The notes under the pieces are model-generated. The model ran no database searches and was not told the DNA's origin. It saw only the letters and a program-made list of their open reading frames with translations. A program made the position numbers and the translations under genes. From NCBI GenBank assembly GCA_963575745.1, contig CAUYUJ010000137.1, forward strand, positions 1 to 64,000: 64,000 bases of DNA, read 5' to 3'. Below are positions 1-11,897 of this stretch, in pieces; position 1 is the stretch's first letter; every line of letters begins with the position of its first letter. This DNA comes from Prorocentrum cordatum. Taxonomy: Eukaryota.

Positions 1-1
1 C

Positions 2-913
2 TGGACTTGCCTACAGTGCCGATTCCAATGCTGTCAGTACTGTGCTGCCCGCCGCAACACGCAGCTCGGCACCTCGGGCCAACCAACGTGCCCGGACTGC
101 TCCCTCAGCGGACTACGTGCACTTATGGACTGGTCCACGGACTACTCTTGCAACAGCTGGACGTGTGCGTACAGCACCGACAACAGGGACTCCGACACAT
201 GCTGCCTCTCCAGCAGATGCCCTCATCCGCCTCGTCCGCGCAGCCTGTTCGATGTCCGTGCCACAGGGATGCCTCCGCACATCCTCGCCCGCCAATACGG
301 CAACGCGCCAGCCCAGCACGACCTCAAGGAACCCCCCCGAGCGCCTTCAGGCCCCGGGGGGGGGCCTCCGCAACCAGGCCAAGCAAGATACCAGGGTCAA
401 TGGTATCTACCACCGAGGCCGCGTCGCGTCCTCAAGCAGGGATTGCCCGACGGCACGAGGCGGCCACCAGGGTTCACAGGAACGGGGATGCCTGAAGACC
501 CGTCTCCGGACCAACCGCTGTGGAAGGAAGGCTACGTGCTCTTCGGCCCTCACCAGGCCCTCAAGGAGGACTTCATCTTCAACAAAGCGGTCCGCCGACC
601 TTACTCCCTAGCCATCACCAACATGCACAGGGATCGTGTCACAGTCAGGGCCGTCTGCGAGTCTATCGCCGAGCGCATCCACACTACCCGCACGCGCTGG
701 CGAGATGTGGTACTGTACTGGGATGCCGAGGGCGGCCCTGGGCCTCAAGCTCTTGACTACGACATGCGCCTCTGTGACGCCATGGTGAGTCGTGCCACGA
801 CCGAAGCCGAGTTGAACCACGACCGCAGCAACCGTGGTAGCTTCTGTCTCTATGGACCAGCGCACCAGCGGGCTGTGAACATCACGGTGCTCCCCGAGCC
901 GCAGAACATTTGA
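2..913 (+). CDS. LINE A N-terminal/ORF1-like Cys-rich protein (partial, open from the window edge)
   Basis: The frame of ORF 125..913 is open from base 2: WTCLQCRFQCCQYC...TCPDC (multi-CxxC zinc finger), then WTCAYSTDNRDSDTCCLSSRC (degenerate RanBP2-type W-x-C...N...C pattern). Confidence 0.6.
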   Translation, partial: WTCLQCRFQCCQYCAARRNTQLGTSGQPTCPDCSLSGLRALMDWSTDYSCNSWTCAYSTDNRDSDTCCLSSRCPHPPRPRSLFDVRATGMPPHILARQYGNAPAQHDLKEPPRAPSGPGGGPPQPGQARYQGQWYLPPRPRRVLKQGLPDGTRRPPGFTGTGMPEDPSPDQPLWKEGYVLFGPHQALKEDFIFNKAVRRPYSLAITNMHRDRVTVRAVCESIAERIHTTRTRWRDVVLYWDAEGGPGPQALDYDMRLCDAMVSRATTEAELNHDRSNRGSFCLYGPAHQRAVNITVLPEPQNI

Positions 914-1637
914 CTTCGTGGAGCATGTACGGCGCTACTCACCCGTCGGGGAGACTTACCCAGACCATGCCTTCGAGCACGTCTATCAGGGCTGGCGGCG
1001 GCCCGACGTGCCGCCCATCCTCCCCGACACCCGCCCGCTCTCGAGAGCCGACCAGCAGCGCTACCAACAGCGCCAGCAGCGCACCCAGCAGCGCGACCAA
1101 CGCGACGCAGGTCAACCGAGCACGCCACGCAACCGCTCTCCCGCGCGCGTCCCGACAGGCGACAGCGCGGTGCACGGCGGGGGCGCCGCCTATCACCGTG
1201 GCCCCATTGGCGCCAGGCCCGCGGCGGCAGGAGCAGCCGCCTCCAGCTATGGCCACGCCCCCCACGCCAGGGTGCTCCCAAAAAACTAAAATAGCCAGGA
1301 GTGAAGAGAAGACCTAACAGTGTAAGAAAGGGCATGTGTGATGCCAGAAAATGAAGATAACACGGGCACCCCAAAGCAGAACGTAATAGTCAACACAAGA
1401 GGCAAGAGAGAGAACACAGCGGTCGTCCGAGCTACCGTTGCACACAGCAGGCGACAGGCTCCCCCAAGCCGTATTTTTCAAATGGTATGTCGGGGCGTCC
1501 ACGCGTGGCCGGGGGCACACTCACCCAGGCCGACGCGACAGCGAGCCGCCAAGCCAACCTGCCCGCAGATGGGTCCCCCCGGCGGCTTCAGCCCAGGGGG
1601 CTGCACCAAGCCGTGGCAGGACAGGGCGCCCTGAAGG

Positions 1638-4600
1638 ATGGCGCGAGGCGAACGTGCGTGCCTGGCAACCGCGCCAACACACGCCTCCGCCAAACGTGGC
1701 CGCAGCGCTGCGCCCTGCCCGGCAAAACCTGCCCCCCCTGAGCGCGAGCGGCAGCCGCTCGTCCCGCTCGTCCTCACGTACACCCAGGCGCACCACAGCG
1801 CCTCCCCGCGGCACAGCGAGGGTAGTGCCCATCACGTCAGCCCCCGCCCTGACGCCGTCGACCCTGACCAGGCTGCAGCCTCGGCGGCGGGCGGCACAGG
1901 CGGCTCCCGCCAGCCCAGCCCAACACCCAGCGCAGCGCCGATCCGCTCCCCGAGCAGGGCGGACTCTGCGCGCGCTAACGCCCAGGTGGCCTCGCCACGT
2001 GACCGCCACACGGGCGGGCGCGTCCCGCGCAGCCGGTCCTACAGCCGCCACAGCTCGCGCAAGCCCCCTGGGAGCTCCACGAGCTCGCCGCCTTGCGAGA
2101 CTCAGGCCGACGGCCAAGCCTCCGAGGTGGTGCCACGTTTCGGTGCCAGCGCCATCGAACCTGGCCAGGTCGACCTCGAGCCGACGCCGTCCACGGACCA
2201 GGAGCTGCCACCGCCCACCCGCGTTGTCGTCGCCTTCGACGAAGCGCCGACCTTCGACCCCTACAAGCACAAGTACTCCGTCAAGGGCCTCGCGGCGGGC
2301 TTCGGCGGCGGCTCACCGCTGCCCCCTCTGAGCCACGGCGGCGGCCCCGCCACCCCAGCCGCTGCCGCGGCAGCGGCGGCCCCGCGTGGAGTCAGCCCTG
2401 TCCGCAACGCGTGCCTCACGACAGCGGGCATGGACGAGGCCCAGCGCCAGGCCACCGACCGCGCCGCTCGCCACGCCCAGCTGGTGGCTGACGTGCTGGC
2501 AGGGCGTGCGCCGCCGCAGCCACAGGGCCCACCGCCCGAGGCGAGCGCGGAGGGTGCACACGAACAAGCTGTTCCAGCTGATGCTGCTCATCACGGCACT
2601 GACGGGGCGGGCGCGCCGCCGCAGGACGGACCAGCGGTGTCGCGTGCGCAGTATTTGCGCGCGCGCAGCGCCGCTGCCGCGCCGAGCTGCCGCCGCTGGT
2701 TTGCTTTTGCTCTTGAGCTCGGCAGGACGGATCGAGGAGTCGCCTCCCTCTCCCCCTGCCGCCGTCTCACCTCTCCTCCCTCCGTCCCCCACGGTACAGG
2801 AGTGAGGAGGATTTTTCGAGGCAGTTTTGCCGACGTTTATGAACCCCCCCCGGCGCAGCGTCGACCATGCCTTGCCTATACTGTTGGCCCGACGGCGGCT
2901 TCAGCCCCGTCCAAGCCAATCTGCCGCGACGCCATGAGCTCCTACTGTGGCCAAGCCTTCCACCTGGGTGACGGCCAGGCTGCCCTCCACCGCGCGGGGC
3001 GTGCTAACCCCAGCTCCACCGACGGAGATGGGCCAGGTCGCTCCATCCATCTCGTCAGCCTCAACATCACAAGTCTCCCAGCGAACTGGCCAACCATCAC
3101 CGCTCTAGGTGTCGACCACAACGCCGCAGTCATAGCACTGCAAGAGACCCGACATGCCAAGCCTACCAGGCAAGCCATCGCTACCAACGCCGCCAATCCA
3201 CACCATGGAGGATACCAGGCCAGTCTGGGACCTGACCTGGATCTGGCGCGTGCTCAGCGCAAAGCTGCTCACGGTGGCACGGACCACACGGTCGAGGGCA
3301 ACACCGGCGCTTCGGGTGGGGTCGCCATCCTCTCTAAGGACGCCATCGTCGACTCCACCGTCGACGACATTGCGACCTGTATCGCCACCCTCAAGGCCAA
3401 GAAACGATGGCACGAGGCCTTCCTCCCGCTCTGTACCCAGCACCGCCGCAGGCGACGACGAAACAACCACGGTCCCGCTGGGATCTACATTGCGAGCCTC
3501 TACGGGGTCGCTGGAGGGGACGGCACCGATTTGTTTCGGCTTGCTGATTGCGCCGCCGCGAGGGTCGGCTCAGCCCCGTATTTCATTTGCATGGACGCCA
3601 ACACGCACATCGACGACAATCCACATCTGCTGCACATGATGCAGCACGGATGGTTTAACGTCGCTGAAGGCACACCAGACCACACCATGCACACATATGG
3701 CAATATCCCTGACTGGGACCGCGTCACCAAGTGCCCCCGCACTCCGCGCATCGATTATATCATCGCCAACCAATCTGCGCGATCCCTTGTCACCGACTTC
3801 TGCTATCTGCGTGACTTGCCAGCGAAGTCCCATGTTGGCCTGCAGGTCACACTCGACCTTAGCCGCCTCGATCACACGGCCCCACGCCTTCTGGCCCCCG
3901 CGCCTTACCCTCCAAACGACGGAGCTCATGAGGACCACGAACTTCAGGCATTAGGGACCCTCATCGCAGGACGATACCATGACCGCATGGAGCAGGCTGA
4001 CACACGCGACGATGTGGAACGCATGTTCGCCCTGGCAAACGAGGCCAGCCATGAATACCATCTCACCCGGCTGCGCGACCTGCCACCTCCACCGCCAGAC
4101 CACCCCAAAAAGAAGCCCCCTACCATGCACGGGCTCACACCCACGTTCGAAGAGCGACCCGCCGTCCCCCGCGCCTTTCCCACCTACGGAGCTTCCACGA
4201 TTCACATGAACCGCCATCGCAAGCTCCATCGGCAACTTTGCGAGCTTCGCTTCATCGGACAGCACCATCATATCGACTGCCGTGCTATCCCGCCGTACCT
4301 GGCGCAACGCATCGACTGCACGTGGACCGCGGCCCGCCTTCTCTGCCACAAGCTGCGCCCCACGGCCCTCCTGGCCTTTCCTGATGCCTGGGCCCCCGAC
4401 GTGCCAGCACCACGCGGAGAGCACCTAGATCGTCTGATCCAAAACCTAGACTCGGAGCTGGCGCGACGTGCAAACCGAGCCAAAGCTGAACGCATCAAGA
4501 TCTGGGCTGAAGGTGTCCGCGAGCCAAGCGGGCGAAAGGCGGCCATATACGCACGGGCTGCCGATGGCTCGCCCACGGCGTATCTCCGCACGCCTACCAC

Positions 4601-7600
4601 TCCCGACGATGCACAGCTCCACTGCGACACCACCGCCTTCAACCCTGACCAAGCTAGCACGGACGATAGTGACGCCGACACCGACGCCGGCGGCTTCAGC
4701 CCCAGCGACGGTAGTTCGCTCGACACGGACAACGACGACGGCCACACTCGTGGCCCACCACCTGCCCCGGTTCCCGACGCCCTCCCCGCCAACGCTATTG
4801 TTGCCAACACCAAAGACATGCTTAAGCTCATGGTCGACACCTGGGAGCCCATCTTGGGCAGGTACCGCGCTCGCGCGGGCCATGACGCCGAAGCTAAGCC
4901 GACGTGGGCGGACTTCTACGACGAATACCGACAAGAGCTGCCTACGCCATCACCAGCAGCCCCTTTCCACCTCACCGACGACCAACTCATCCACTTCATT
5001 CGCACCCGTTCACCGCGCCGCGCGGGGGGACTCGACGGCTGGACAACTAAGGAGGCTAAGGAGTTACCCGACGACATCCTTCGCCTTTTCGCCAGTGTCT
5101 TACGTGCTATGCAACGCACTGGCACCATCCCCGAGCCCCCCCTACACGTGCCAAACCCGTGCCTCCGAAAAGGCCGAGGGGAACTCCCGACGGACCAACG
5201 ACTTCTCTCGGTTCTTTCCGCGTGGATGTATGCGTGGGAAGCGCCGGCCTACCGTAGCCTCACGACCTGGCGGCAAGGATGGACCCATGCCACGAGCTTC
5301 GGCGCTGTTCCCAAAGCCACCATTGGGGATGTCAGCACCTCTCTCGCCCTGCGCATCGAACACGCCAGGACTTTACTCCTCCCCTTAGCTGGAGCTGCCC
5401 TTGACCGACAGAAGTGCTTCGACTACCTCATCACGGACATCTGTCTAAACCTTGCGCTGCACGCGGGGTGTCCACAAGACATCGTTAATGTCCGCCGAAA
5501 TTTCTACAGACACCACAAACGCTACATCCGCATGAACGGAGCGTACTCTAAGGACCTGGCCAGGACTAACGGTCACCTCCAGGGAAGCTCGTGGTCCCTG
5601 GACGACATCAAGCTGCTCATGTGCGTGTGGACAAAGAGGCAGCACCGATACGTTCCTCGATCACTCAGCACTACCTTTGTTGACGACAGCAACTCCACTA
5701 CCCACACCGCGTCTGAGCTGCAGAAATCTCTAGACGAAACCGCCAAGTTTGATCGACTCTCAGGTCAACGCATTCACCCTGGTAAAGTGGCAGGGTGGGC
5801 GCTCACCGACGAGCTTCACGCCGCCGTTACCCAGCTCACTCTGGCGGAACGGCCCTTACGTGTGGTCGATTCCTTCAAGCTCGTCGGGAGTTACATCAAC
5901 GCCGAGGCAGCGCCGGCTCCAGCCGCGCTTAACCTCACGGCCACCGCAGACGCCCGTGTGCGGAGGGCGACTATCCGCCTGCTGCGCATTGGCAAGCTCC
6001 CGTCGCCGATGCTTATCAAGGCGCGGCACGCCCGATCCCTGGCCGCCAGCGTCTGCACCACGGGCACCGACATCCAAGCACCATCAGGCCCAGCCAAGAC
6101 TGCCTCCAACCACGCCCTCAAGGCGGCTATCCGCCCCAAGGGGAACAAGTGGGTCGAGTTCTGGACTCTCATGGCCGTGTGCGTGCCGGGACACGCCCTT
6201 GAGATCGACGCCATCACGCAGCGTGAAGCATTCCTGTGCCTGCGGCGACAGGTTAACCGCGACGTTACACTCTGCGGGCTCGCCATAGACCTCCAACACC
6301 ACGTCCAGACCCTGTTTGGTGGAGGACCCGTCGGACGACTCGTCCAGTCGCTCCAGCAGCTCCGATGGACCTGGCCCACATTTGGCATCATGTACGACGA
6401 CTGGGGCTGCCCGATCAGCTGGCTGAATCTACCCCAAAACGCCTTCCTGCACATGCTGCGGGCCTCACAACGCAGGGCATTTCTGCGGAGGATCAATCCA
6501 CGGCGACACGACCTTGGCTACCTCGCCTCTGTCAGACAGGGCCTTGACCTCTTCGCCAGCACGTGGCTCGCGCGAACTAAAGGAGCAGCCAAATGCACTG
6601 CCTGGCAGCTGGCGCTCCTCCTGAACTACCTGTCGGGCGGGGACCACACCCAACAGCGACGATCCCGATCCAACACGTCGGCAGACCCCAGCCCCATGTG
6701 CAGCTACTGCGACGAGGAAGAGGAAACTCAGGAGCACACTGTCCGCGACTGTAAGTGCTGGGCCCGAGAAAGAGTTCCTCTCACCACCCTCATCAGTGAC
6801 GACCAGTGGGCCCGTCTTCCGCCGCACACAAGACACTGCGGGCTCTTCGACGAAGACCCAGCCCTCCTCGACCTGCAGGCCGACCTCGCCAGGGACCCGC
6901 TGCCACAGCCCATTCCGCGGCCCTCCCCTGATGGTGATCCTGCGGCTTCAGCCCAGGACACCTACACCACCTACCTTGACTACGACACTGTTTGGACATG
7001 GGTCTATGCTGCCACGGACGGTGCGTGCACCAACCAAGCCATCCCATTGCTAGCACGAGCGGGTTACGGCGTCTACTACGGCATCGACCACCGCATGAAC
7101 TACAGTGCACGCGTTCACGGCCTAACGCAGAACGCCCAGGTTGCGGAGACCCTCGCCATTGTCCACCTTACGGCTTGTGCCGAACGGCCAGTGCACGTTT
7201 TCGTGGACAACCAGGCGGTGGTCGATGGGTTCCAAAGCATCATCGACGGACATCCAGCGCCGCAGGGCACGCACGCGGAGCTCTGGGAAAAGATCCACCG
7301 ATGTGTTATGGCCAAGCCCAACATTTTTCGCGTCGAAAAAATCGCCAGCCACCTGGGAGACCTGGGCATCGACCTTGGGCTCATCGGGCCCATCGCGGAG
7401 GAGTTCAACCGTCAGGCCGACGCCCTTGCCACAGCGGCGGCACGCACGCACACCCTCCCCGACGACATTGTTGAAGCTGCCAAAACACGACATCGCCAAG
7501 CGACCGTGCTTCATGGGGTCGCTGTCGCTATCTACGAGCGCAGACACCGTACTCTGCCGCTCCACACCGCAGGGCTGGGTTTACAGCAGCGGAACTCAGC

Positions 7601-7751
7601 AAAATGGAACCGAACCCCCTGCTGTCGGACCAGGCACCACCCGCGGCTGGACCATACATCCCGCAGAACCCGGATGAGCTCTGGGCCGAGGCCCAACGGG
7701 CGATGCTCGACGAACAGGAGGACGACCCGTTCGGCTTCGGCGGGGGATTAG
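1638..7751 (+). CDS. LINE polyprotein: AP endonuclease + reverse transcriptase + Zn finger + RNase H
   Basis: APE motifs SLNITS, IALQETR, GGVAIL, CMDAN, RIDYII, SHVGL; RT motifs GGLDGW, RLLSVL, LDRQKCFD, GHLQGSSWS, FVDD; CSYC..HTVRDC; RNase H motifs ATDGAC, AQVAET, VDN, KIASH, NRQADALA. True start uncertain. Confidence 0.95.
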   Translation: MARGERACLATAPTHASAKRGRSAAPCPAKPAPPERERQPLVPLVLTYTQAHHSASPRHSEGSAHHVSPRPDAVDPDQAAASAAGGTGGSRQPSPTPSAAPIRSPSRADSARANAQVASPRDRHTGGRVPRSRSYSRHSSRKPPGSSTSSPPCETQADGQASEVVPRFGASAIEPGQVDLEPTPSTDQELPPPTRVVVAFDEAPTFDPYKHKYSVKGLAAGFGGGSPLPPLSHGGGPATPAAAAAAAAPRGVSPVRNACLTTAGMDEAQRQATDRAARHAQLVADVLAGRAPPQPQGPPPEASAEGAHEQAVPADAAHHGTDGAGAPPQDGPAVSRAQYLRARSAAAAPSCRRWFAFALELGRTDRGVASLSPCRRLTSPPSVPHGTGVRRIFRGSFADVYEPPPAQRRPCLAYTVGPTAASAPSKPICRDAMSSYCGQAFHLGDGQAALHRAGRANPSSTDGDGPGRSIHLVSLNITSLPANWPTITALGVDHNAAVIALQETRHAKPTRQAIATNAANPHHGGYQASLGPDLDLARAQRKAAHGGTDHTVEGNTGASGGVAILSKDAIVDSTVDDIATCIATLKAKKRWHEAFLPLCTQHRRRRRRNNHGPAGIYIASLYGVAGGDGTDLFRLADCAAARVGSAPYFICMDANTHIDDNPHLLHMMQHGWFNVAEGTPDHTMHTYGNIPDWDRVTKCPRTPRIDYIIANQSARSLVTDFCYLRDLPAKSHVGLQVTLDLSRLDHTAPRLLAPAPYPPNDGAHEDHELQALGTLIAGRYHDRMEQADTRDDVERMFALANEASHEYHLTRLRDLPPPPPDHPKKKPPTMHGLTPTFEERPAVPRAFPTYGASTIHMNRHRKLHRQLCELRFIGQHHHIDCRAIPPYLAQRIDCTWTAARLLCHKLRPTALLAFPDAWAPDVPAPRGEHLDRLIQNLDSELARRANRAKAERIKIWAEGVREPSGRKAAIYARAADGSPTAYLRTPTTPDDAQLHCDTTAFNPDQASTDDSDADTDAGGFSPSDGSSLDTDNDDGHTRGPPPAPVPDALPANAIVANTKDMLKLMVDTWEPILGRYRARAGHDAEAKPTWADFYDEYRQELPTPSPAAPFHLTDDQLIHFIRTRSPRRAGGLDGWTTKEAKELPDDILRLFASVLRAMQRTGTIPEPPLHVPNPCLRKGRGELPTDQRLLSVLSAWMYAWEAPAYRSLTTWRQGWTHATSFGAVPKATIGDVSTSLALRIEHARTLLLPLAGAALDRQKCFDYLITDICLNLALHAGCPQDIVNVRRNFYRHHKRYIRMNGAYSKDLARTNGHLQGSSWSLDDIKLLMCVWTKRQHRYVPRSLSTTFVDDSNSTTHTASELQKSLDETAKFDRLSGQRIHPGKVAGWALTDELHAAVTQLTLAERPLRVVDSFKLVGSYINAEAAPAPAALNLTATADARVRRATIRLLRIGKLPSPMLIKARHARSLAASVCTTGTDIQAPSGPAKTASNHALKAAIRPKGNKWVEFWTLMAVCVPGHALEIDAITQREAFLCLRRQVNRDVTLCGLAIDLQHHVQTLFGGGPVGRLVQSLQQLRWTWPTFGIMYDDWGCPISWLNLPQNAFLHMLRASQRRAFLRRINPRRHDLGYLASVRQGLDLFASTWLARTKGAAKCTAWQLALLLNYLSGGDHTQQRRSRSNTSADPSPMCSYCDEEEETQEHTVRDCKCWARERVPLTTLISDDQWARLPPHTRHCGLFDEDPALLDLQADLARDPLPQPIPRPSPDGDPAASAQDTYTTYLDYDTVWTWVYAATDGACTNQAIPLLARAGYGVYYGIDHRMNYSARVHGLTQNAQVAETLAIVHLTACAERPVHVFVDNQAVVDGFQSIIDGHPAPQGTHAELWEKIHRCVMAKPNIFRVEKIASHLGDLGIDLGLIGPIAEEFNRQADALATAAARTHTLPDDIVEAAKTRHRQATVLHGVAVAIYERRHRTLPLHTAGLGLQQRNSAKWNRTPCCRTRHHPRLDHTSRRTRMSSGPRPNGRCSTNRRTTRSASAGD

Positions 7752-8599
7752 ACTTCTTGGACGACGGCCCAGCCCGCGCCAACCCTGCCCCGTCGGGCAG
7801 CCTCTCGACGCCCACCTCGACTCCGCCACCGAGAGCGACATCGCACCCACATGATGACGTCGCTCACCGTCAAGACGCCGACGAGGACCTCTATGATCCC
7901 CTCGGATTGAGTGGCAGCATAGACGACGCCCCGCCGACACCCCACGCTGCCGACGATGCCGCTCCATCGAGACGCCACCCGACCACGCGGCCGACCTCCG
8001 AGCCCCCGCACGGCATCATGATTGGTCCCACCGTGCCACCCACCCCGTCCCCCCACCAGCGCCAGCCCGCGGGGGCGGCTCTAGCCCCCCCGCAGGGCAC
8101 CGAGCCAGTCAGGCCGTCGCACCCCGTCCACGCTTTCACTGTTGCTGGGTGCGAGGATGCGGCTCTTCCGTCCTCACGGGGCGTGGCCCTAGCGGCTTCA
8201 GCCCTGGGACCGCGTGTTACCCTCCAGTCGCCTCTGAAGGGCGACGGCCGCCAGCACACGGAGCGCCGCACTGCGCTGGTCCACCACCTGGCCAGGCGCA
8301 CCGATGACCTCGTCCCTGCCACGAGGCCCGCGGCCGCAGGCACTGAGCAGCCGCCCCTCGCCGACCGCGAAACCGAGCTGTCCCAGTCTATGGCCGCTCT
8401 TCAGCAGAGGTGCGCTGCTCTCGCCGCCGACCTTGCCGCTGCTCAAGCCCGTCAAGGCCCTCTGCTCCAGCGCCTCCACCGCGCCGGTCGTGCCTTCGCC
8501 GAGCTGCTTACACCCTTGCCCGATGGTGCTGCGCCGCCACTCACCCTCCATGCTATGCTGTCATCGCTCCGCGGCGCTCCGCCTGAAGCCCCGCGCTAA
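7604..8599 (+). CDS. Overlapping C-terminal ORF of LINE A, probably a frameshifted continuation of the polyprotein
   Basis: 331 aa, acidic DDPFGFGGGLD patch and a helical end; the frame is open upstream of the ATG (AGFTAAELSKMEPNP). Confidence 0.5.
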   Translation: MEPNPLLSDQAPPAAGPYIPQNPDELWAEAQRAMLDEQEDDPFGFGGGLDFLDDGPARANPAPSGSLSTPTSTPPPRATSHPHDDVAHRQDADEDLYDPLGLSGSIDDAPPTPHAADDAAPSRRHPTTRPTSEPPHGIMIGPTVPPTPSPHQRQPAGAALAPPQGTEPVRPSHPVHAFTVAGCEDAALPSSRGVALAASALGPRVTLQSPLKGDGRQHTERRTALVHHLARRTDDLVPATRPAAAGTEQPPLADRETELSQSMAALQQRCAALAADLAAAQARQGPLLQRLHRAGRAFAELLTPLPDGAAPPLTLHAMLSSLRGAPPEAPR

Positions 8600-8974
8600 T
8601 CTCCGCCATTCTGCCTGCCCGTGTGCACGCGTGGCCCCGCGTCCACGGTGTCAGGGCGCGGGGGCGGGGGGTGCCCCGTCCCTGCGCGCCGCGTTGCGGC
8701 CAAGCGCCCAACTGGCGGTCTGCCAAGCCGCCTAGCCACGTGTCAGCACGTCGCCTTTCTTGTTGGGGCCTTCTTCGTCACGCGGTCTGACACGTGAGAT
8801 CTTCACTGTCTGTCCGCCGTCTGTAGCGTCAGTCGCATTGCGCCGGGGGAGGGGGTTTGTTGCCCGCCCTCGTATCTCAAGGCTGCACCGCCGCAAATAG
8901 TGCATGGCGAGTTGTCGCACCGCAGTGCGCCTCGCGGACGGACCCTGGTCCGCCTACTTGTCCGGTCCGGTCTC

Positions 8975-10440
<1,466 letters not shown>

Positions 10441-10589
10441 CTGGCTTCTGACGGAGTCTGGGTTAGGTGAGCCTGAGTGTGGGTGAGTCTGAGTATGGGT
10501 ACGTCTGTGTGTACCTGACTCTGAAGAAATGAATCTGAGTGTGAGTGAGCTTGTGTATGAGTGAGTCTGGGTGCGAGTCTGAATCCCAA

Positions 10590-11585
10590 TGGTGCCCCTG
10601 GCAGCGTCTGGCGACTAGGAGGCCCGGGTCGACTCCTCTTTGGGAAGCCAAAATGTTGCCACTGGCAGCGTTTGGTGACTATGAAGCCCCTGGTGGGCCC
10701 CCCCTGGGGCTCCCAAATGATGCCCCTGGCAGCGTTTTGCGACCATGAGGCTCTCAAGAGAGACATGTTGGGGAGGCCAAACGGCAATTTTAGCTGAGAC
10801 GTCCCACCAAAATCGGCGCGAACGGGCTCGTGAGATCAGCCAGGGTGGCTCCCCCTTGGGGCCCCCAAATGATGCCCCTGGCAGCGTTTTGTGGCCATGA
10901 GGCTCTCAAGAGAGACATGTTGGGGAGGCCAAACGGCAATTTTAGCTGAGACGTCCCACCAAAATCGGCGCGAACGGGCTCGTGAGATCAAGCGCGACAA
11001 GGGTGCTCCTCACTCCCACCCATCCCCCTCCTCGCTCATTTCCACCTCCGCTCTCCGCCCCCCTCAAGTCCCCCCCCCAACCTCACTCCCCACGCCCCTC
11101 CCCTCCCTCACGCCCCGCCCCCCCCCCACTCCCCCTCCTAGCTCCCACCCCTCCTTCGCTCCTCCTTCACTACCCCCCCCCCCCATCCACCCCACTCCCC
11201 TCCCCCTCCCTTCCTCCCCCCATGGGGCTACCCAAATGATAGCCCCGGCAGCGTTTGCCGACCCATGAGGCGGCTCTCAAGAGAGACACATGTTGGGGGA
11301 GGCCAAAGAACGCAATTTTCAGCTGAGACGTCCGCAACCCAGCATCGGCGCGCAAACGGCTCCGAGACCAGCCAGGGTGGCTCCCCCTTGGGCTTACTCC
11401 CCAATGATGCCCCTGGCAGCGTTTTGTGACCATGAGGCTCTCAAGAGAGACATGTCGGGGAGGCCAAACGGCAATTTTAGCTGAGACGTCCCACCAAAAT
11501 CGGCGCGAACGGGCTCGTGAGATCAGCCAGGGTGGCTCCCCCTTGGGGCTCCCAAATGATGCCCCTGGCAGCGTTTTGTGATCAT
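10590..11585. repeat. 152-bp tandem repeat interrupted by a C-rich stretch
   Basis: GATGCCCCTGGCAGCGTTTTG recurs at 10719/10871 and 11406/11558 (period 152). Confidence 0.9.
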
Positions 11586-11639
11586 GAGAGAGTGTGAGTG
11601 TGAGTGAATGTGACTGTGAGTGAGCCTGAGTGAGAGTGA

Positions 11640-11897
11640 GTCTCATCTTATCTTATCGAGTCCTATCTTATCTTACCTTTATTACCCTCTATCTATCTTA
11701 TCTTGAAATCTCTTATCTTGTCTTAGCTTATCTTATATCAACTCATCTTATCGCATCATATCTTGTCTTATCTTATTACTCCATAGGCTGTCTTATCTTA
11801 TCTATTATCCTACCTTGTCATATATCTTATCTTACCTTATCATATATTGTGCTAGCTTATCTTATCTTGTAGTATCTTATCTTGTCTTGTCTTATCT
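11640..11897. repeat. Degenerate (TCTTA)n pentanucleotide repeat
   Basis: Direct reading of the sequence. Confidence 0.9.
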
